From Candidatus Aminicenantes bacterium (GTDB taxonomy: Bacteria > Acidobacteriota > Aminicenantia > Aminicenantales > Saccharicenantaceae), in assembly GCA_963743205.1 (NCBI GenBank), contig CAVUOW010000005.1, positions 254,650 to 318,649 on the forward strand: a stretch of 64,000 nt of DNA. Reading direction: 5' to 3'. The translations under genes and the position numbers were made by a program. Below, in pieces: positions 54,987 through 63,444 of the stretch; the first letter of the stretch is position 1; each line of letters begins with the position of its first letter. A model generated the notes under the pieces. The model was given only the letters and a program-made list of their open reading frames with translations, was not told where the DNA came from and searched no databases.

Positions 54987-56558
54987 ATGACCGACGCCAA
55001 GGCCTCCCCGTCGTTCGGCACCCCGCCCCGCTGCTGTCCCTGCGAGACGTCAAGGGGCTCGTTCACCCGGCGCGATTTCCTCAAAGGCGCCGGCCTGACC
55101 GCCCTCGGCAGCGTCGCCGCCGGCGGCCTTGCCTGGCCCCTTCTCGCCGGCCAGGCCGCGACCGCCGATGAGATCTATCGTCCCTCGCCGCTCAAGGTCA
55201 AGCCCATCCTGGTCTACGAGATCCCGCAGCGCCGGCCGCAGACGAGCTGGCGGAGCTGGGGCGGGATCGCGACCGAGGCCGACGCGCGAGCCGAGGTGGC
55301 CCGGATCCAAGAGGAGCTCGCCGCCCTGATGAAGAAGGCCGAATTCCCGCTCGAGGTCCTGCCCGTGGCCGCCGTCCGCCAGGCCGCCGATCTGGCCGGC
55401 GTCAAGGACCTCGAAGAGGCCCAGGCCCTGATCGTCTACGCCGCCGGCGGCTGGCTCGACGTCTACGACGCGCTCGACAAGACCGGCAAGGACCGCATCC
55501 TCTTCTGCCGCCACAAGTCGGGCCCCGTCTATCTCTGGTACGAGATCATCAGCCCCCGCTACCTCCGGAAGCATACCGACAGCCAGGCGGTCCAGGGCGT
55601 CGACGATGACGACGTGGTCATCGACAGCCCGGACGAGATCCTCTGGCGCCTCCGGGCCCTGGCCGGGCTGCGGAACACGCTGGGCACGAAGATCCTGGCC
55701 GTCGGCGGGCCGGCAGCCTGGGCCGACCCGGAAGGCCCGGGCACGGTGATCAAGAAAGTCATCGACACCTGGAAGTTCGACATCGTCACCGTGTCCTACG
55801 ACGACCTGGGCCAGCTCATCCGCGAAGCCCGGGCCGACTCGGCGACTGTTCGACGGGCCCGGACGCGGGCCGAGGCCTACCTCCGCCAGCCGGGGACGAG
55901 TCTCGAGACGGGACGGTCGTTCGTCGAGAACGCCTTCCTCCTCGACGAGGTCTTCCGGGCCATGATGAAGAAGGCCGGCTGCCGGGCGATGACCATCAAC
56001 GGCTGCATGGGCACGATCATGCCGCTCGCCGAGACCTCGGCCTGCCTGACGCTGAGCACGCTCAACGACGACGGCTACCTGGCCTTCTGCGAGTCGGATT
56101 TCGTCGTTATCCCGTCGGGCGTGCTCCTGGCCAACATCGCCGGGCACGCCCGTGTTCCTCAACGACCCGACCTACCCGCACGACGGGATCATCACCCTGG
56201 CCCACTGCACGGCGCCGCGGAAGATGGACGGCGGAAGACGGAGCCGGCCCGGATCCTGACCCACTTCGAGTCGGACTACGGCGCCGCGCCCAAGGTCGAG
56301 ATGGCCAAGGGCCAGATCGTGACCAACATCGTCCCCGACTTCGCGTCCAAGCGCTGGCTGGGCCTGCTCGGCGAGATCGTCGAAGCGCCGTTCCTGCCGA
56401 TCTGCCGCTCGCAGATCGACGTCCGCTTCAAGTGCGACGACCGGACCCTGGCCGAGCGCATGCCCGGCTTCCACTGGATGACCGCTTACGGCGATCACAC
56501 GAAGGAGCTGGCCTACGCCTTGAAGCGCGTCGGCATCGCCTGGGACTTCCTGGGGTGA
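54987..56558 (+). CDS. TAT-exported protein of unknown function (possibly sugar-isomerase-like); pair of compensating frameshifts at about 56145 and 56235
   Basis: RBS GAGGAGGGA, then MTDAKAS...SFTRRDFLKGAGLTALG (twin-arginine signal). The segment GHARVPQRPDLPARRDHHPGPLHGAAEDGRRK looks out of frame; the +1 frame reads VFLNDPTYPHDGIITLAHCTAPRKMDGG. Confidence 0.6.
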   Translation: MTDAKASPSFGTPPRCCPCETSRGSFTRRDFLKGAGLTALGSVAAGGLAWPLLAGQAATADEIYRPSPLKVKPILVYEIPQRRPQTSWRSWGGIATEADARAEVARIQEELAALMKKAEFPLEVLPVAAVRQAADLAGVKDLEEAQALIVYAAGGWLDVYDALDKTGKDRILFCRHKSGPVYLWYEIISPRYLRKHTDSQAVQGVDDDDVVIDSPDEILWRLRALAGLRNTLGTKILAVGGPAAWADPEGPGTVIKKVIDTWKFDIVTVSYDDLGQLIREARADSATVRRARTRAEAYLRQPGTSLETGRSFVENAFLLDEVFRAMMKKAGCRAMTINGCMGTIMPLAETSACLTLSTLNDDGYLAFCESDFVVIPSGVLLANIAGHARVPQRPDLPARRDHHPGPLHGAAEDGRRKTEPARILTHFESDYGAAPKVEMAKGQIVTNIVPDFASKRWLGLLGEIVEAPFLPICRSQIDVRFKCDDRTLAERMPGFHWMTAYGDHTKELAYALKRVGIAWDFLG

Positions 56559-56563
56559 TCCTT

Positions 56564-56576
56564 AGGGACTGTCCCT
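56564..56576. promoter_or_regulatory. Perfect palindrome AGGGAC-T-GTCCCT upstream of the GH2 gene
   Basis: Read directly; 39 nt before the ATG at 56615. Shares the GGGAC/GTCCC half-site with the array at 26542-26650. Confidence 0.3.
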
Positions 56577-56614
56577 CCGGCGGAAGGCCCGGCAGCTCCG
56601 GATGGGAGGAACGA

Positions 56615-59608
56615 ATGGACCGCTCGCGGATCCTTCGGATCTTTCTGGCCCTGGCTCTCCTCCCCCTCGCCGGAGCGGCCGCCCAGGCGCCGCTTCCGGT
56701 CCCGGGAGCTTTCGTCTTCCCGCCGCTCCCCCAGGCCGTGTCCGGCATCGAGGCGCCTGTCCTGTCGCTCAACGGAACCTGGTCTTTCAACCCGGCCCCA
56801 CCGAAAGGCTTCGAGACGCTGATGGAACCCGGCCCCGGCTGGTCCGCGATCGAAGTGCCCGGCGACTGGACGATGCAGGGCTTCACGGTCAAGCCCTGGA
56901 CGCCGGCGGGCTATCTCAAGACGGTCGTCATCCCGGCCGACTGGAAGGGCGCCCAGATCAAGCTCCGCTCCGATGGGGCCCAGAGCCGGGTGACCTTCTG
57001 GGTCAACGGCCAACTGGCGGCGACACACGAAGGCGGCTTCAGGGCCTTCCTGGACGACATCACAGCGCTCTGCCATCCGGGCCAGGCCAACATCATCGCC
57101 GCGGCCGTCCAGAACGAATCCATGGCCGATATCCTGGCCAGCGGGAGCCAATACGCGTCCTACCAATTCGGCGGGCTGACCCGGAAGGTGATGTTGTTCG
57201 CCGTGCCGGCCCTCCACGTTGACGACATCGACGTCACGACCAAAGTCGCCGAGAACGGACGCCAAGCGGCCTTCACGATCGAGGTGATCGTCGAGGCGGA
57301 GCTCATCGGCACGTTGGGCGCCGACGCGGATCGAGGGGCGGTCCGCTGTGTTCTGAGCGATCCCGCGGGCCGCGTCCTTTATCGCGGGACACGTCCGTTC
57401 GTTCGGCCTGGCCCGGCGGAATTGACGACGGTCTCCTTCGAGGGCACGGTCGATCAGGCCATGCTCTGGGACCCTGAACACCCGCGGCTCCACACGCTGA
57501 CGATCGATCTCGACTCTGGAGGACGCCCGATCGAGACCGTCGTCCGGCGGGTCGGCTTCCGGGAGATCGCGATCGCGGGCACGCGCCTGTTCGTCAACGG
57601 CCGCCCGGTCAAGCTCCGGGGCATCAACCGTCATGAGGCCCATCCCCTTCGGGGCCGGAGCCTGACCCAGGAGCTCTGGCGCAAGGACGCCGAGCTCTAC
57701 CGGGCGGCCAACATCAACCATATCCGGACCTCGCATTATCCGCCGGCCGAGGAGTTTCTGGACGCCTGCGATGAGCTCGGCTTCTTCGTCGAGTGCGAAG
57801 CGCCGCTCGTCTGGGTCCAGCACGGCGCCAACGAGACCTGGAAGACGGAGGATCCCGGTGATCCGAAGTACCTGGCGCCGATCGAGTGGGCCGTGGCCGA
57901 AACGATCGCTTTCAACCGGCGTCACCCGAGCATCATCATCTGGTCCCTGGCTAACGAATCGGGCTGGAGCCATCATTTCGCGGCGGCGAACGCGATGGCC
58001 AAGGCCATGGACCCGAGCCGGCCCCGAACGTTCCACGACCAGGCCTACGGCGACTATAACAACCGCGGCTCGGAAGAGATGCCGATCGCCAACTTCCACT
58101 ACCCCGGGCCGCAGGGTCCGGACCTCGCCGTCACCCTGCGGTTGCCGCGGCCGCTCTATTACGGCGAGTACTGTCACCTCAACTGCTACAACCGGGCCGA
58201 GCTCGCCGCCGACCCGGGCGTCCGGGACGAATACGGGCGCGGCTTCGAGCGGATGTGGGAGAAGATCTTCGGCTCCAAGGACGTGATCGGCGGGTCCATC
58301 TGGTCGGGCATCGACGATGTCTTCCTTCTCCCGTCCGGGCAAGCCACGGGCTACGGCGAGTGGGGCCCGATCGACGGCTGGAGGCGGGAAAAGCCCGAAT
58401 ACTGGCACATCAAGAGATCCTACTCGCCGGTCCGGATCGGCCCGGACAAGGTCGCCGCGCCGGCCCCGGGAGAGCCGATCATCCTGGCCATCGAGAACCG
58501 GCACGACTTCACCGACCTCCGCGAATGCCGCATCGACTGGCGCCTCGGCGCGGAAGCGGGCCGGGCGGAGATCGATCTCGCGCCGCGTCAGACGGGCGTC
58601 CTCCGGATCAAGCCGGTCCGCGAAGAGGCCGCGGGAAAGATGCTGCAGATCGATGTGACCAGCCCGCGCGGCTTTCTCATCGACCGCTCGGAGGTCGCGG
58701 TCGGCGACGCGCCTCCGCCGGCGCCGGTCGTCCGGACGTTCGCTCCCCCGAAGGACGCGCCGCTCGAGGTCCGGGAGGACACGGCCAGGATCGCCGTGTC
58801 GGGAAACGGTTTCGCCTGGACCTTCGACCGCGGGACGGGAAGAATTCTTCGGGCCGAGGTCGACGGATCGCCCGTCCTCTGCGGCGGCCCCTTGCTCATG
58901 CTTCTGCCGCAGACCTCGGGCCCCTGCGTCACCGATTTCCGCCCGGACGTCGAGCCCTTCAACAGCCCCTGCACGGGCTGGACGGCCGAGAGCGTCGCGG
59001 TGACGCGGGAGAACGAGGCCGTGATCGTGACCGTCAAGGGCTCTTACGCTGAGGCCACGGGCGGGTATGCCGTCAAGATCGACCTCTCGGGCCGGGCCGA
59101 GTTCAGCTACGAGTTCAAGATCCAGGCTAAGACGGACCCCCGGCAGTACGGCCTCATCGTTTATCTGCCCCGGTCCGTCGATACGCTGAGTTGGAGCCGC
59201 AGGAGCCAGTGGACCTGGTACCCGGAGAACCACATCGGCCGGCCCCTGGGCACGGCCAAGGCCTGGTCGCCGGAGCACGAGACGGTCTTCCGGAAGCCGC
59301 CCGCCTGGGATTGGAAGGACGACCAGACGAAGCTCGGCTCCAACGATTTCCGTTCGACCAAGATGAACGTTCTCTGGGCGGTCCTCGCTGGGCCCAAGGG
59401 CCAGGGGCTGATGCTCGTGTCGGACGGACGGCAGGCCTGCCGCGCGTTCCTCGACGGTTCCCGGGTTGGCTGGCTCATCGCCGATTTCACGACCGGTGGA
59501 GGGGACATCTTCTTCGCTCCCCACCACAAGATGGACGACCGGCCGCTCGACGCCGGGGAGACGATCCGGGGGTCCTTTCCCCTCGTCCCCGTCACCGCCA
59601 TCCGCTGA
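56615..59608 (+). CDS. Glycoside hydrolase family 2 (beta-galactosidase/glucuronidase-like), secreted
   Basis: Start MDRSRILRIFLALALLPLAGAAAQA (RBS GGGAGGA; track ORF starts at 56432). ...VNGRPVKLRGINRHEAHP...NINHIRTSHYPP...IIWSLANESGW. Confidence 0.85.
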   Translation: MDRSRILRIFLALALLPLAGAAAQAPLPVPGAFVFPPLPQAVSGIEAPVLSLNGTWSFNPAPPKGFETLMEPGPGWSAIEVPGDWTMQGFTVKPWTPAGYLKTVVIPADWKGAQIKLRSDGAQSRVTFWVNGQLAATHEGGFRAFLDDITALCHPGQANIIAAAVQNESMADILASGSQYASYQFGGLTRKVMLFAVPALHVDDIDVTTKVAENGRQAAFTIEVIVEAELIGTLGADADRGAVRCVLSDPAGRVLYRGTRPFVRPGPAELTTVSFEGTVDQAMLWDPEHPRLHTLTIDLDSGGRPIETVVRRVGFREIAIAGTRLFVNGRPVKLRGINRHEAHPLRGRSLTQELWRKDAELYRAANINHIRTSHYPPAEEFLDACDELGFFVECEAPLVWVQHGANETWKTEDPGDPKYLAPIEWAVAETIAFNRRHPSIIIWSLANESGWSHHFAAANAMAKAMDPSRPRTFHDQAYGDYNNRGSEEMPIANFHYPGPQGPDLAVTLRLPRPLYYGEYCHLNCYNRAELAADPGVRDEYGRGFERMWEKIFGSKDVIGGSIWSGIDDVFLLPSGQATGYGEWGPIDGWRREKPEYWHIKRSYSPVRIGPDKVAAPAPGEPIILAIENRHDFTDLRECRIDWRLGAEAGRAEIDLAPRQTGVLRIKPVREEAAGKMLQIDVTSPRGFLIDRSEVAVGDAPPPAPVVRTFAPPKDAPLEVREDTARIAVSGNGFAWTFDRGTGRILRAEVDGSPVLCGGPLLMLLPQTSGPCVTDFRPDVEPFNSPCTGWTAESVAVTRENEAVIVTVKGSYAEATGGYAVKIDLSGRAEFSYEFKIQAKTDPRQYGLIVYLPRSVDTLSWSRRSQWTWYPENHIGRPLGTAKAWSPEHETVFRKPPAWDWKDDQTKLGSNDFRSTKMNVLWAVLAGPKGQGLMLVSDGRQACRAFLDGSRVGWLIADFTTGGGDIFFAPHHKMDDRPLDAGETIRGSFPLVPVTAIR

Positions 59609-59631
59609 GATCGATCCCGGGACGGTCCCGG

Positions 59632-60004
59632 TCAGGAAACGGTCCGGGTGGCGATGACGTCGGCGCCCGTGCCCAGGACATCGGCGATGAGGATCTGGCC
59701 GCGCCGGACTGGCGCCTCGGGGCGGAGCTTGGCGATCTCGGCCAGGATGGGGAAGATCATCTCGCGCGGCACCGCCCCGCTCAGGCGGACAGAAACCATC
59801 CGCGACGCCGTGCCCCGGATGGGGACCGAGGTCGCGAGGTTCCGCTTCGGGCGGAGGACCTCCTCCTCGGCGAACGGGATGCCTTTATCGCATTGATTTC
59901 CAGTGACTTGGACGCCACCGTCCGCGGCTGTCGCCGACCTCGAGCTCGCAGCCGACGGGACAGAGGACGCAGGTCAGGCGGTCGACGACGGCGTGCTCGC
60001 TCAT
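59632..60004 (-). CDS. DUF1667-like small Cys protein; frameshift near 59915-59935
   Basis: MSEHAVVDRLTCVLCPVGCELEV, then in another frame ADGGVQVTGNQCDKGIPFAEEEVLRPKRNLATSVPIRG...GADVIATRTVS*. The ATG overlaps the upstream stop (ATGA). Confidence 0.65.
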
Positions 60005-61245
60005 GGGCAGCCCACCTCGAGGTCCTCTTCGACAGCCGTCCGGACCTTGATCTTCTGGAGCTCGGAGGGAAGAAGCCGGGCGAATTTCCTTCGCGCGTAG
60101 ACTTTGCCCGACGTCAGGCCTTTGATCTCGACGACGGCGTCCCGGACCGGATGTTTGATCCGGAAGCTCCACTCGATTCCCGGCTTCCCGCACGTCACGA
60201 GCTGAGGCAGGGCGTAGCGAACATTCGGACCCGCCGAGACATGGACCGTCGGCCCGGCCGGCTTCTCCCCCGCCGCGAAGCGGGCCGCCCGCTCGCCGGC
60301 CGCGAAGCCTTCGAAGGAGGCCCAGTCGGCGACATCGTGGATGTGGAGGACGTTGCCGCAGGAGAAGATGCCGGGGACCGAGGTCATGAGCGTCTCGTCG
60401 ACGACCGCTCCGCCCGTGAGAGGCGAGAGGGCGACCCCGGCCCGTTTGGCCAGCTCGTTCTCGGGGATGAGCCCGACCGAGAGCAGAAGCGTGTCGCAGG
60501 GGATGACGGTCTCCGTCCCGGCGACCGGCGTGAGCGCATCGTCGACCTTGGCCACGACGACGCTCTCGAGGCGGTCGCGGCCGCGGACCTCGACCACCGT
60601 CGATCCGAGCTCGAGCGGGATCCTGAGATCCATCAGGCATTGCCGGATGTTGCGTTCGAGCCCGTTCGCCCACGGCAGGATCTCGAAGACGCCCTTGACC
60701 GCGACTCCCTCGAAGACCAGGCGCCGGGCCATGATCAGCCCGATGTCGCCCGAGCCGAGGATGACGGCTTCGTTCCCGATGCGGAGGTTCTGGAGGTTGA
60801 CCAGGTTCTGCGCCGAGCCGGCGGTGAAGATCCCGGCCGGACGCGTCCCCGGGATCTCGATCATCTCCCGCGTCCGCTCGCGGCAGCCCATGGCCAGGAC
60901 GACCGCGCCGGCTTCGACCAGCCTGTATCCCTCGCGCGAGTTGACCCGGAGGACACGGTCCGGAGAGAGGTCGAGGACCATGGCCCCGGTCGCCACCCGG
61001 ATCGGCTCGCGCAGGACGTCCTCCGTGAGGCGCTCCGCATATTCCGGCCCGCTGATCGTTTCCTTATAAAGGAAGAGACCAAAGCCGTCGTGGACACATT
61101 GGTTGAGAATGCCGCCGAGCGTCCGATCCCGCTCGAGGAGCAGGACCTTCCCCGCCCCGGCTCGCCGGGCCCCGAGGGCCGCGGCCAGGCCGGCGGGACC
61201 GCCGCCGATGACGGCGACGTCGCAGGTTTCTTTCGTTCCGCTCAT
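60001..61245 (-). CDS. FAD/NAD(P)-dependent pyridine nucleotide-disulfide oxidoreductase
   Basis: 414 aa. DVAVIGGGPAGLAAA; second dinucleotide fold AVILGSGDIGLIMA; SCGNVLHIHD. Confidence 0.8.
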   Translation of the reverse strand: MSGTKETCDVAVIGGGPAGLAAALGARRAGAGKVLLLERDRTLGGILNQCVHDGFGLFLYKETISGPEYAERLTEDVLREPIRVATGAMVLDLSPDRVLRVNSREGYRLVEAGAVVLAMGCRERTREMIEIPGTRPAGIFTAGSAQNLVNLQNLRIGNEAVILGSGDIGLIMARRLVFEGVAVKGVFEILPWANGLERNIRQCLMDLRIPLELGSTVVEVRGRDRLESVVVAKVDDALTPVAGTETVIPCDTLLLSVGLIPENELAKRAGVALSPLTGGAVVDETLMTSVPGIFSCGNVLHIHDVADWASFEGFAAGERAARFAAGEKPAGPTVHVSAGPNVRYALPQLVTCGKPGIEWSFRIKHPVRDAVVEIKGLTSGKVYARRKFARLLPSELQKIKVRTAVEEDLEVGCP

Positions 61246-61248
61246 CGC

Positions 61249-62718
61249 TCAGCCCTTGATCCGCCCATAAAAGAGGCGGGAGCCGCCGCCGCGCTTGGTG
61301 ATCCCGTCGGCCGGGACGCCCTCGTCCTGGAGGATCTCGACGATCCGCGGCGTGCAGAAGCCGCCCTGACAGCGGCCCATGCCGCAGCGCGTCCGCCGCT
61401 TGACGGCGTCCATGGTCCGGGCCCCGAACGGATTCCGGAGCGCGGCGACGACCTCGGCCCGGGTGACGTGCTCGCAGCGGCAGACCATCTCTCCCCAATC
61501 GGCGTCACGGGAGACCCGCTCCGCGCGTTCGTCGTCGCCGGCATGGGCGAAGCGGATGCGTTGCGGCCGCTCGGCGAGGAATCCGGGCTTTTCGCGCATA
61601 TCCAGCCGCCCGCCGATCATGGCAGTTACCATCTTGGCGATGGCCGGGGCGGCGGTCAGGCCGGGCGATTCGATGCCGACCAGGTTGATCCAACCCGGCC
61701 GCAGCCCGCTTTCCGCGATGACGAAGTCCCGGAACCTGTCCTTGCCCGTCGGATCGACGAGCTTGGGCCGGATCCCGGTATAGCTGTGAATGAAGGGGAC
61801 GCCGCCGAGCTCGGGCATGAGTCGCCCGGCCTCGGCCTTGAGGCGGGTCATGACCTCGCGGGTCGAGGCGGCGGCACGCTTGTCCTCGACCGGCTCCGCG
61901 CTTGGCCCGAGGATGATGTTCCCCTCGAGCGTCGGGGTGATGTGGATCCCCAGGCCCGGGTCGTCCTTCGAGGGAACAGGGTAGACAGGCATGCCGAGGC
62001 GGAGGCCACAGTCCTTGTCGGCGATGAGGTACTCGCCGCGATACGGGAATATCCGGAAGTCCTCGATCCCGGCGAGACCGGCCACTTCGTCGGCAAAGAG
62101 GCCGGCGCTGTTGACGACCCGGCGGGCCGCGACAGACCCTTTTGGCGTTGCCAGACGGAAGAAGCCCTCGCCAGTGGCGACCGCCTCGACCGGCGTCTCG
62201 AGCCATATTTCGGCGCCGTTCTGCCAAGCACATTCAGCCAGGGCGACGGTCAGCTCATAGGGTGAGATGATGCCCGTGTGCGGTGAAAACAAGGCCCAGC
62301 GGCCCCTGGCCAGGGGCTCCAGGCGGCGGATCGCGGCCTCGTCGACGATCTCGAGGTCGGGGACGTCGCTTCGATCGCCCTCGGCTTTGAGCTCCTCGAG
62401 CCGTGGTCTGTCTTCGTCGGCCAGGGCGACGACGAGCTTGCCGGTCTTGCGGTGGGGAACGCCGAGCTCGGCCGCGAGCGGGTAGATGAGCGCCAGCCCG
62501 GCGACGTTCGTCTTCGCCTTGAGCGACCCGGAAGGGACGTTGAAGCCGGCGTGGATGACGCCGCTGTTGCCTTTGCTGATGCCTTCGGCCAGGTCGGCTT
62601 CTTTCTCGACGAGGAGGAGCTTCAGATCGTAGCGCGAAAGCTCCCTGAGCACGGCGCAACCGACGACGCCGCCGCCGATGACAACGACGTCATAGATGGG
62701 GGTTGCCGTTTCACGCAT
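61249..62718 (-). CDS. FAD-dependent oxidoreductase (GlpA/LhgO-like) with BFD-like [2Fe-2S]-binding domain
   Basis: Start MRETATPIYDVVVIGGGVVGCAV (track ORF starts at 62793). C-terminal CRCEHVTRAE...RCGMGRCQGGFC. Confidence 0.8.
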   Translation of the reverse strand: MRETATPIYDVVVIGGGVVGCAVLRELSRYDLKLLLVEKEADLAEGISKGNSGVIHAGFNVPSGSLKAKTNVAGLALIYPLAAELGVPHRKTGKLVVALADEDRPRLEELKAEGDRSDVPDLEIVDEAAIRRLEPLARGRWALFSPHTGIISPYELTVALAECAWQNGAEIWLETPVEAVATGEGFFRLATPKGSVAARRVVNSAGLFADEVAGLAGIEDFRIFPYRGEYLIADKDCGLRLGMPVYPVPSKDDPGLGIHITPTLEGNIILGPSAEPVEDKRAAASTREVMTRLKAEAGRLMPELGGVPFIHSYTGIRPKLVDPTGKDRFRDFVIAESGLRPGWINLVGIESPGLTAAPAIAKMVTAMIGGRLDMREKPGFLAERPQRIRFAHAGDDERAERVSRDADWGEMVCRCEHVTRAEVVAALRNPFGARTMDAVKRRTRCGMGRCQGGFCTPRIVEILQDEGVPADGITKRGGGSRLFYGRIKG

Positions 62719-62816
62719 ATCCGACCTGCCCGCAATCATAACAAATCGGGCCGCGGCCTCAAAACCGTGCGCCTCCCCGGAAAAACCGGGCAAAACACCC
62801 GCCGGTCGAGGACCGC

Positions 62817-63371
62817 TCAGGCAGGGTAGGCTTTCTCCAAACGGTCGAGAAGGCGGTGGAATTCCTCGTGCCTCTCTTCGCCGGCCATGGTCTTCTCGAC
62901 TTCGGAGAAACAGGCCTCGAGGGAATTTTGCTGGTCCGGGGAAAGACGGGCGTCGGCCATGGGATAGAGGATGTGGTCCTCCTTGAAGATGTGCTGACCG
63001 AGGAGATCTCCGTAGCCGCGGGCCCCGGAAGCGAAAGCCGCCGCGGCCCTCCGGTCCCCTGTCCGGATGCCCGGGAGGGCTTGGGCCATCGCGGCAACAT
63101 GCCGGCGGCCTTCCTCATGTTCGGAAAGCATCACACCGATGGGGCCGCGGTCGCGGGGGATGCCGGCCTTCACCATTTCGGGGAAGAGGTGGCCTTCCTC
63201 CTTCGCATGGTGGCACTTGTCGGCGAAGACGCGGATGAACTGCACGGACTGTTCGAGGTCGTCCGGATCGACGGGCGTCCCGGCGTCGAGGCGGTCGGCC
63301 ATCGTGCCGAGAATGCGTATCATCGTCAGGATGGCTTCGTGTTCATGGCTGAGTTCTTCGGTTGGTTTCAT
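62817..63371 (-). CDS. Hemerythrin-like metal-binding domain protein
   Basis: 184 aa. LSHEHEAIL...KCHHAKEE...LSEHEEG...FKEDHILYP His/Glu ligand pattern. Confidence 0.75.
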   Translation of the reverse strand: MKPTEELSHEHEAILTMIRILGTMADRLDAGTPVDPDDLEQSVQFIRVFADKCHHAKEEGHLFPEMVKAGIPRDRGPIGVMLSEHEEGRRHVAAMAQALPGIRTGDRRAAAAFASGARGYGDLLGQHIFKEDHILYPMADARLSPDQQNSLEACFSEVEKTMAGEERHEEFHRLLDRLEKAYPA

Positions 63372-63444
63372 GATGTCCTCCCTGTTCCCGGGCCCGGCCC
63401 TGTGCGCCGCATGGGCGACGGTCCGATTGTACCAGAACGGCCCC

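Noticed and set aside
52989-56558. Single 1189-aa protein as listed in the ORF track.
   Set aside because: It is a composite. It contains the Maf domain, the front half of the RlmD-like gene, about 800 nt of out-of-frame read-through (RGRAHGPLRDGRAPGDRS... low-complexity) and then the separate TAT-signal gene, which has its own RBS and ATG at 54987.
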